IMG/VR virus record: IMGVR_UViG_3300032156_000003
Location: 22,330-86,329 of that record
Source: a virus
Length of the DNA stretch: 64,000 nucleotides
Strand: one strand, 5' to 3'
Below the pieces are notes generated by a model, which was not told the DNA's origin, ran no database searches, and worked only from the letters and a program-made list of their open reading frames with translations. The translations under genes and the position numbers were made by a program. Positions 57,872-64,000 of this stretch are shown here, piece by piece. Positions within the stretch are counted from its first letter, which is position 1, and each line of letters opens with the position of its first letter.

Positions 57872-59032
57872 ATGGTCATGAAGAACACCACCTCCACTAC
57901 TACAGAATTTCGAACTCCAGGGCAGTACATTGAAAAACTATTGCGCGAACGTGGATGGACCCAGCGCGTGCTGGCAATAGTGCTGGAACACGACGAAACC
58001 GGCCTCAATAAAATTGTAGCCGGGAAGAGACCAGTGGCGGCTGGCTTGGCCATCGCCCTTGGAGAAGTGTTTGGAGTTGCTCCAGAGATGTTTTTGGAAC
58101 TTCAAAAATCATACGATTTGGCTCAGGCCAGAATTGTGGAACGACCGGACCCTGGGCGCACAACCCGAGCGCATCTTTTTGGAGATCTTCCAGTCGCTGA
58201 GATGATTAAGCGTCGATGGCTAGACGCAGAAAGTATGCGCGATGTGGCAATGGTTGAGGCTTCATTAATAAAGTTTTTTGGTGTGAATTCGACGGATGAA
58301 ATAGAAGTCCTCCCACATGCCGCGAAAAAGACTTGCGTTACCGGCCAAGTGACACCGCCTCAACTGGCATGGCTATATCGCGTCAAGGAAATTGCTGGGG
58401 AGATGATCGTCGGCAGGTATTCGGCGAATGGAATGCGAACGGCAGTAACAAAATTGAGTGCGCTTCTGGCATCGGCAGAAGAGGCCAGAAAGGTCCCCCG
58501 CATACTGGCAGAGTCGGGTGTCCGATATGTGATTGTCGAGTCATTGCCAGGAGCAAAGATTGACGGTGTTGCATTCTGGTTGAATGATTCTTCACCCGTC
58601 ATCGGCATGACCATGAGATATGATCGTCTCGATAATTTCTGGTTTGTTCTTCGACACGAATTAGAACATATTTTACGTTTGCATGGTCATTCTTCTGTAA
58701 TGTTAGATTCGGAGCTTGAAGGAGAACGCGCCGGACTTGGAGAGAGCATTTCCGAAGAGGAACGAGAGGCCAACGTGGCCGCCGCAGAGTTTTGTGTTCC
58801 ACAGCGGCAACTTGAAAAATTCATAGCGCGAAAAAGTCCATTGTTTTCCGAGAGAGATATTCTCGGCTTTGCGAACACACTGCAAATCCATCCTGGTCTT
58901 GTTGCAGGACAGTTGCAGCACAAGACCGGACGGTACGACCGTTTCAAGAATCATCAAGTGAAAGTGCGATCTATCGTTGCCCCTGGCGCGATGGTCGATG
59001 GGTGGGGTGATGTTGCCCCTGTTGGAATGTAA
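57872..59032 (+). CDS. HigA-like XRE HTH fused to ImmA/IrrE metallopeptidase
   Basis: 'PG..I..LL.ERGWTQ..LA', 'F.L.LQ..YDL', 'R.DNFWF.L.HELEH', 'E..AN..A'. Confidence 0.9.
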   Translation: MVMKNTTSTTTEFRTPGQYIEKLLRERGWTQRVLAIVLEHDETGLNKIVAGKRPVAAGLAIALGEVFGVAPEMFLELQKSYDLAQARIVERPDPGRTTRAHLFGDLPVAEMIKRRWLDAESMRDVAMVEASLIKFFGVNSTDEIEVLPHAAKKTCVTGQVTPPQLAWLYRVKEIAGEMIVGRYSANGMRTAVTKLSALLASAEEARKVPRILAESGVRYVIVESLPGAKIDGVAFWLNDSSPVIGMTMRYDRLDNFWFVLRHELEHILRLHGHSSVMLDSELEGERAGLGESISEEEREANVAAAEFCVPQRQLEKFIARKSPLFSERDILGFANTLQIHPGLVAGQLQHKTGRYDRFKNHQVKVRSIVAPGAMVDGWGDVAPVGM

Positions 59033-59043
59033 GGAGTAGAGCG

Positions 59044-59526
59044 ATGGCAAGGAAACATCAGGAATGGCAAAGTGTAATACGACAATACAGACTCGAAACA
59101 GGACAGAAGGAAGTCGATATTCACGACGTTGTAAAATACGCAGTGGAAAAACTTAGATGGAGTCCCCCGAGTCCAACCGACCCGATGGAGATGCTTGCCA
59201 GGGAGTGCGCCAGGTCGTTGCGCGAAGAGACGCGAACGGATAGCAAGACCGGAAGACCATACCGAGTCAATCATGCCTACAGGGTGGGTTCTGGAGATGG
59301 ACAGTTAACGCTATGGATTGATATCGAAGATGCGACTCGTAAGCAGATGCACCTATCGTTAATGCAACGTCGCGAACAGATGGTTGGTGATGCGGTTCAG
59401 TTATCCTTTGATATGGATCACTGGAACGGAATTCATCCAGGCGAAGAGCCAATATCTGTTCCGCTCGATTTTGAACCTGACGTCGAATGGCGGAAGAATT
59501 CTGAATCAGAAGGGAAGGCGAGTTAG
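59044..59526 (+). CDS. Hypothetical cargo protein coupled to XRE-ImmA
   Basis: AAGGAG RBS 11 nt after the previous stop. Confidence 0.65.
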   Translation: MARKHQEWQSVIRQYRLETGQKEVDIHDVVKYAVEKLRWSPPSPTDPMEMLARECARSLREETRTDSKTGRPYRVNHAYRVGSGDGQLTLWIDIEDATRKQMHLSLMQRREQMVGDAVQLSFDMDHWNGIHPGEEPISVPLDFEPDVEWRKNSESEGKAS

Positions 59527-59831
59527 TCGTCTTTCTTCCTCCATCGCGCTTGTGCAGCTAGTCGTGCTATCTCTCGTCGTTTTCGCGCCGACAGCTTCGC
59601 TGCCCTTGCAGGACCGCCCTTCTTGCCACCGAGACGACCGAGCGCGACAGCGGCAGGGTTCTTTCCGTCGTCGGTGGGCTCCTCTTCGGCCTCGTCTTCG
59701 GGCGTGTCTTCGTCGGCGTCCGTTGTCGCTTCGTCCGTGGCCTCGGCGACTATCGAGGCGGCGAGTTGGTTGACGTCCAGGTGACCGCGTTTCGGCTTCG
59801 GCTTCGTTTTCTTGCGTGCTTGAGCGTTCAT
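59523..59831 (-). CDS. Small basic/acidic IS-associated protein
   Basis: 'D.NQLA..IV', 'KNPAAVALGRLGG.KGG.ARA.KLS...R.EIA..AA.ARW'. Confidence 0.75.
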   Translation of the reverse strand: MNAQARKKTKPKPKRGHLDVNQLAASIVAEATDEATTDADEDTPEDEAEEEPTDDGKNPAAVALGRLGGKKGGPARAAKLSARKRREIARLAAQARWRKKDD

Positions 59832-59948
59832 GCTGTCAAGGTAAACCGTCGCGGGGTCGGGCGCAAGGTGGGCGGAACATCAAACTGATACACTACCGTC
59901 ATTTGGTAGCGCTTGACAACGGTTACCCGCGAGCCCTACGCTGGATGT

Positions 59949-60152
59949 ATGGAAATGGTTTCCACAACTGACAAATTCGACCAGCACTTGACCATTCGGC
60001 TGCGAACAATGGACGTGGAAAATTTACGTTCGCTCGCACGCGCACTCGACAGGGGCGTTGCATCGACCGTGCGATTGATACTCAGGCGGGCGATGGAAAG
60101 AGGGGCGACGGCGGCTGGTGAGATAAGAGAGGGAGCGAATGACGCCCGATAG
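59949..60152 (+). CDS. Ribbon-helix-helix-like small regulator
   Basis: 'LTIRL......L..LA........VR.IL'; TTGACA at 59913 upstream. Confidence 0.55.
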   Translation: MEMVSTTDKFDQHLTIRLRTMDVENLRSLARALDRGVASTVRLILRRAMERGATAAGEIREGANDAR

Positions 60153-60792
60153 AGATGATGGGTCTCCCGCCGGGGACGACGAAGACGAGCCGAACCGGCA
60201 ACACCGCAAGAAGAAAGAGAAACGTTGGACAAAGCCGCCGATGGTAACGGTTGACATGTACAACGCTCTTTGGCGGGCGTATCAGGACGAACCGGACTAC
60301 CGAAAGGCGGGGAAGGCGGCGGGGGTTAGGCTGCCCGTGGCGCGGTGGTACTGCGAAGGGGACGCTTGGCCCGCCGTGGGGTTCGTGCAGCTCGCCGGGC
60401 GGTTGCGTGCGATTCAGGGGATGGTCGCAGACATCAACGATCACGGGACGGGGAAGTGGCGCGCGGAACAACTCAAGGTCTTGACCGAGGGGTTGCGTAC
60501 CACGGCGGCGGGGTTGGCCATCCACCAACGCGGGGTGCGGGAGATGGCGGAGAAGGTCCAGTCGGGGGAGCTCCCGGCGGAGATGGTCGTCATGTCTAAG
60601 GAGTTTTCACTCACCAAAGTGGTCGACGCGCACAACACCTTGCTGCGCGCCGCCCTCCTCACGATGGGCGAGGCCGACTCGCTGACAGGGACGGTGGACG
60701 CCCCGATGAAGCTGAACTTCGCCGAGTGGACGCGCGAGGAGTGCGAGGCTTACGCGGAGCGGCAACTGGTACCAGAGCGTTTCAAAAAGTAA
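60139..60792 (+). CDS. HTH protein, possible terminase small subunit
   Basis: N-terminal HTH-like segment, helical body, C-terminal 'NFAEWTREEC'; no large terminase adjacent. Confidence 0.35.
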   Translation: MTPDRDDGSPAGDDEDEPNRQHRKKKEKRWTKPPMVTVDMYNALWRAYQDEPDYRKAGKAAGVRLPVARWYCEGDAWPAVGFVQLAGRLRAIQGMVADINDHGTGKWRAEQLKVLTEGLRTTAAGLAIHQRGVREMAEKVQSGELPAEMVVMSKEFSLTKVVDAHNTLLRAALLTMGEADSLTGTVDAPMKLNFAEWTREECEAYAERQLVPERFKK

Positions 60793-60833
60793 CGCTGTCC
60801 CGGTCGTTTCCCGCGCTTCGAATCGCTACGGTT

Positions 60834-60923
60834 CAACAACCACGCGGGTTTTACGGGCTGAGAAAAAAGTGAAAATAGTTGTGAATCTTGCTTGACAATG
60901 GCAACGACATGCGCTATATATAG
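60834..60923 (+). promoter_or_regulatory. Strong early-type promoter with upstream conserved box
   Basis: TTGACA 60892-60897, GCAA 60901-60904, TATATA 60915-60920, A-tract. Confidence 0.8.
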
Positions 60924-60956
60924 GGTATGGGACGCAGCACACAGGAGGGACGGGAG

Positions 60957-61355
60957 ATGAGACACGAGATCACGTGGAAAACGGTGAGTGGCAAATCGGC
61001 AAACGTGGTAGTTGAGCTGGTCACGAGTCGTCGCGTAAATCTCGACGGTGACTCGGTCGACGTCGCCTGCTGTGACCTCCATGTCTCCGCTTACGTAGAG
61101 GGCTACGGATGCGTTGGCAACGGCTCGCCGGTAACGCCGCGCGGTCCGCTGGCCCACAAGGTCCCCGCCGGCCACTCTCTGATAGGTAAGCTGGCTGTCC
61201 CCGCCGAGCACACCGCCCGTATCAACTCTGCAATCGCAGAGTGCATGGACACGGACGAGTATCACGCCGACATCGCCAAGCGCGCGCAAAACCTGCGGGA
61301 TGGTGAGTCGATTGACCGTGTCAACGCCAACATCGCGCGCATGATGCGCGAGTAA
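60957..61355 (+). CDS. Hypothetical early protein
   Basis: First ORF after the promoter; GGAGG upstream. Confidence 0.6.
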   Translation: MRHEITWKTVSGKSANVVVELVTSRRVNLDGDSVDVACCDLHVSAYVEGYGCVGNGSPVTPRGPLAHKVPAGHSLIGKLAVPAEHTARINSAIAECMDTDEYHADIAKRAQNLRDGESIDRVNANIARMMRE

Positions 61356-61370
61356 AAAGGGGGAAGTGAT

Positions 61371-61649
61371 ATGTTAAGTCACACGATAATGACGCACAAC
61401 AACGGATACGACATGATTTTGTTGGTCAACGATGACGACGACGTGGTCAGCGCGTGGGAGGCTACGGACGAGGTGATGCGCAATTACACTACCGATACCG
61501 ACGCCGACCTGTGGGAGACGGGAGTCGGGTCGGATGGACTCGACGACGACGGTTGCCCGACCATGTTTTACGCGATCTCCGACTACGGAGATGAGGTTGG
61601 GCGTGACGGCGAGATGACAGTCGAGCGCCGAGCATTTTGGTTTCGATAG
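61371..61649 (+). CDS. Acidic hypothetical protein
   Basis: Very Asp/Glu-rich 92 aa; AGGGG RBS. Confidence 0.6.
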   Translation: MLSHTIMTHNNGYDMILLVNDDDDVVSAWEATDEVMRNYTTDTDADLWETGVGSDGLDDDGCPTMFYAISDYGDEVGRDGEMTVERRAFWFR

Positions 61650-61651
61650 AA

Positions 61652-61710
61652 GCCGAAACCGCCTACGGGCGGTCGGCGCGGCTGGCTACCGCGCCCTGAT
61701 GAGGCAGCCA
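61652..61710 (+). ncRNA. Hammerhead ribozyme, type II
   Basis: GCC-GAAA-CCGCC(TACG)GGCGG-TC^-GGCGCGG(CTGGCTA)CCGCGCC-CTGATGA-GGC-AGCCA; complete core plus loop-I/3'-tail pseudoknot. Confidence 0.92.
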
Positions 61711-61724
61711 AGGAGGAGGGGAAC

Positions 61725-62132
61725 ATGGAACGCATAATGATGATCGATGACAGTAACGTAGAACTCAAATGGACCGTCGCGGCTCTACGTCCCTACGGGA
61801 TCGACGTCCTCGCGTGCAACAGGGCTCTCGGCGTACAGGCTCTCGCGGCGCAGCACATGCCCGCGCTCATCCTCCTCGACGTCAATATGCCCGCGCTCAC
61901 GGGAGATGTGCTCTGTAAGTTCTTGCGCACCAATCCTGCGACAGCTGACATCCCCGTGCTGCTCTACTCCGACATGCCCGCGGGCGAGTTGAGAGTGCTG
62001 GTCGAGCGCTGCGGTGCAGACGGCTACATCGAAAAAAATCATAACGCGCAGTTTCTGGCACTTCGGGTGCATAGTGAGTTGGCGAACTCCAGTGAGGCGC
62101 GCGTGAAAGACCTGGTTGGGGGTGTGCGGTGA
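61725..62132 (+). CDS. Single-domain response regulator receiver (CheY-like)
   Basis: 'IDDS', 'LILLDVNMP...G', 'IPVLLYS', 'GADGYIEK'. Confidence 0.92.
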   Translation: MERIMMIDDSNVELKWTVAALRPYGIDVLACNRALGVQALAAQHMPALILLDVNMPALTGDVLCKFLRTNPATADIPVLLYSDMPAGELRVLVERCGADGYIEKNHNAQFLALRVHSELANSSEARVKDLVGGVR

Positions 62133-62306
62133 CAAAATGTCAGAGAAACAAGGAGGTCTAACGATGGGACGAAAACTGTACAATGTGATGCTGACCGACG
62201 CCGATCGCGAGCGGTTGGCAGACGAGTTCGAGCGGGCGTGGCGGCAGCGGTGCGAGATGGCGGCAGCGAAGTGGGAGTTCGAGCGCGGGAGGAGAATCGC
62301 GCCGAC

Positions 62307-62803
62307 GTTCTGAGGGAGGCCCAAGGTCATCCCTTGGGCGGTGCGTCCGAGCCTGCGTTATTCTCCTTTCGTGGGTTTGGGCGTACCGCCGAGGGGTTGA
62401 CTGAAAAAGGAGAACCGATGGACTACCCAAATCCGATGGTGCGCGAGACACGGATTAGAAATATGGTCCACAATCGGCACCTGTCCAAAAGCATCATGGA
62501 CGCGGGCTGGGGTTATCTGCGACAAAGGCTTGAAGTCAAAGCGGTAGAAGCTGGGCGTCAAGTCATCGCAGTTGAACCGGCGTACACGTCCAAGTCATGC
62601 TCCGATTGTGGAACCGTTTTCGAGGATCTGAAATTGAGCGACAGGTGGGTACGTTGTGATTGCGGTCTATCACTGGATCGCGACCACAACGCTGCCTTGA
62701 ACATTCTTAGGAGGGGACACCTCCTTCGGGAGTCAACGTGGGCTGCTAGAGGGCCGAGCGTATCCCGAGAAGCCGCTGGGTTTTAACCCATGCGGAGTGT
62801 CAC
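62307..62803 (+). mobile_element. Non-autonomous IS200/IS605-family element (internally deleted)
   Basis: Left hairpin CCCAAGG-TCATC-CCTTGGG; right end GAAGCC..hairpin..GGAGTGTCAC; no TSD; TnpB C-terminal remnant inside. Confidence 0.85.
62418..62786 (+). pseudogene. tnpB: TnpB C-terminal remnant (Zn ribbon plus RuvC-III)
   Basis: 'LSKSI.DAGW....L..KA..AG..V..V.PAYTSK.CS.CG...C.CG...DRD.NAA.NIL'; N-terminal two-thirds absent. Confidence 0.88.
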
Positions 62804-62919
62804 GGAGTTCTCGCGCGGGAAGTTCGAGACGCAGGGGCAGGCGGCGCAATACTACTGCGCCAATGTCAACGGATTGCACGCGGCGGGGTGGGTCACCCTG
62901 TCGTTCGCGTAGGTGCAAC

Positions 62920-63702
62920 GTGAGCGACTACCAGGACCGCCACACAGCTCGCATCGCTAGGTTGCGGGAACGCGCCGAGAAGAAGGCGGGGCAGGCGAGC
63001 GCGCACGTCAACACCGTCTCCAAGATGGCCGACGCGATGGCGGGAAGCCCAATTCTCATCGGCCATCATAGCGAGAAGAGACACCGCCGGGACGCCGAAC
63101 GCATGGACTCGCTCATGTCCAAGTCCGTCACCGAGTCGCGGGAAGCCGCCGAGCTGGAGCGCCGCGCCGAAGCGGCCGAGCGCAACACCGCGATTTCATC
63201 CGACGACCCGAACGCACTGGACGCCTTGCGCGCGAAGCTCGCGAAGATGGAGCGGTTGCGCGCGGACATGGCCCGCATCAACCGGCAGTATCGAGGCGGC
63301 GGTGTGGACGCCGTGACTGGCATCTCAGACGACCAGCGGGAGAAGATACGGGCGGCGATGGCGGACCGCTCCATGGGCGTGAGGCGTGCCCCGTTCGAGG
63401 CGTACCAGTTGACGAACCTCGGTGCGAAGATACGCGCGACGGCCAAGCGGATTGGGGAACTGGAAGCCAAGGCGGCGGACGTCACGACAGAGGAACGGCA
63501 CGGGGAAGTGGTGCTCCGTGACGACGTTGAGGCGAACCGCTTGATGCTCGTGTTTCCCGGCAAGCCCGACCCGGCGACAATCGACGCGCTCAAGGGGTAC
63601 GGGTTCCGGTGGTCTCCGAGCAACGGGGCGTGGCAACGGATGCGCGGGAACGGAGCGCGGGCTTGTGCCTTGGCCGTGCTCGCAACGATGAAAGGGGAGT
63701 GA
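62920..63702 (+). CDS. DUF3560-domain protein
   Basis: 'G.PILIGHHSEKRHRRD', 'ISSDDP.A...LR.KL', 'NR..L.FPGKPD......LK..GFRWSP..GAWQR'. Confidence 0.85.
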   Translation: MSDYQDRHTARIARLRERAEKKAGQASAHVNTVSKMADAMAGSPILIGHHSEKRHRRDAERMDSLMSKSVTESREAAELERRAEAAERNTAISSDDPNALDALRAKLAKMERLRADMARINRQYRGGGVDAVTGISDDQREKIRAAMADRSMGVRRAPFEAYQLTNLGAKIRATAKRIGELEAKAADVTTEERHGEVVLRDDVEANRLMLVFPGKPDPATIDALKGYGFRWSPSNGAWQRMRGNGARACALAVLATMKGE

Positions 63703-63703
63703 G

Positions 63704-64000
63704 ATGACAGACCATTGTAAGAACTGTACGGTGCGAGGAGACCTGTCAGCCTGCGAAGAGGTGTGCGAGCGCAACAACTGCGACGTGCCTTTGTCGTGGG
63801 GAGCTGCGGCTCGAATCGATGCATTGTCGGAAGCGCGACGTGCCGAACGTGCGGCGCAAAGGACGTTTGACGAAGCCGATGAAAAGAAGATGAACGACCT
63901 TCGACGCGAATCGAATATGTGGAAGGAATCGTGGGAGGGTCAGAGACGCAACACCTTGGCTTTCATGGACGATGCCGAAAAGTTGAAGGCCATCATCCGC
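63704..64000 (+). CDS. Hypothetical protein (3'-truncated by window)
   Basis: GGGGAG RBS; frame open to the window end; N-terminal CxxC. Confidence 0.55.
   Translation, partial: MTDHCKNCTVRGDLSACEEVCERNNCDVPLSWGAAARIDALSEARRAERAAQRTFDEADEKKMNDLRRESNMWKESWEGQRRNTLAFMDDAEKLKAIIR

Larger units (their letters stand above)
56046..59897 (-). mobile_element. IS1-family transporter IS with passenger genes
   Basis: Perfect 18-bp TIR GGTAGTGTATCAGTTTGA (56046-56063; inverse 59880-59897; 24/25 when extended). 8-bp TSD GTCATTTG at 56038-56045 and 59898-59905. Confidence 0.95.
62164..62912 (+). pseudogene. Phage gene interrupted by an IS200/IS605 derivative
   Basis: AGGAGG RBS. Deleting 62307-62803 fuses ...RIAPT to EFSRGKF...TLSFA* in frame. 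Confidence 0.75.

Noticed and set aside
1-64000. Canonical CRISPR array for the type IV-B operon
   Set aside because: No 25-40-nt direct repeats with regular unique spacers were seen in any intergenic region (by eye; a CRISPR finder should confirm).
1-64000. Genome-wide TAG stop-codon reassignment
   Set aside because: Long genes are intact under code 11 and many genes end properly at TAG; only one clear internal TAG was found.

Overview
The window is a 64-kb segment of a GC-rich tailed phage (or prophage) genome with a contractile tail, almost entirely coded on the + strand. The host is probably Myxococcota/deltaproteobacterial (inference from a single-domain CheY-like gene and a Cys-rich secreted protein). 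1-26.4 kb: sheath, tube, tape measure, baseplate and tail-fibre genes. 26.4-34.3 kb: HTH regulator, PD-(D/E)XK exonuclease, putative recombination protein, initiator, DnaB, amidase and SLT-like lysin. 34-47 kb: small accessory genes, SNF2 helicase / HNH / DNA methyltransferase, VRR-NUC, PAPS-reductase-family and ASCH proteins. 47.4-51.3 kb: a complete, array-less type IV-B CRISPR-Cas effector operon (csf1-cas11-csf2-csf3-cysH-like). It is followed by an IbrB/IbrA-like (ParB + PAPS reductase) and glycosyltransferase-like cluster and an N-truncated SNF2 helicase. 56.0-59.9 kb: an IS1-family transporter element with exact TIRs and an 8-bp TSD, carrying toxin-antitoxin-like cargo. Non-coding highlights: (i) a 16-unit 5-nt-periodic (N)GY-NN tract plus hairpin at 27574-27691 that looks like a non-contiguous-code guide RNA; (ii) a type II hammerhead ribozyme at 61652-61710; (iii) a recurring CTTGACA-N3-GCAA promoter/operator; (iv) two long G-U-containing hairpins at 36.6-37.1 kb; (v) a 497-bp internally deleted IS200/IS605 (TnpB remnant) whose exact removal restores a phage ORF. 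No canonical CRISPR array, tRNA, reverse transcriptase, capsid, portal or large terminase gene was recognised. All product calls come from motif recognition and synteny, not database searches.
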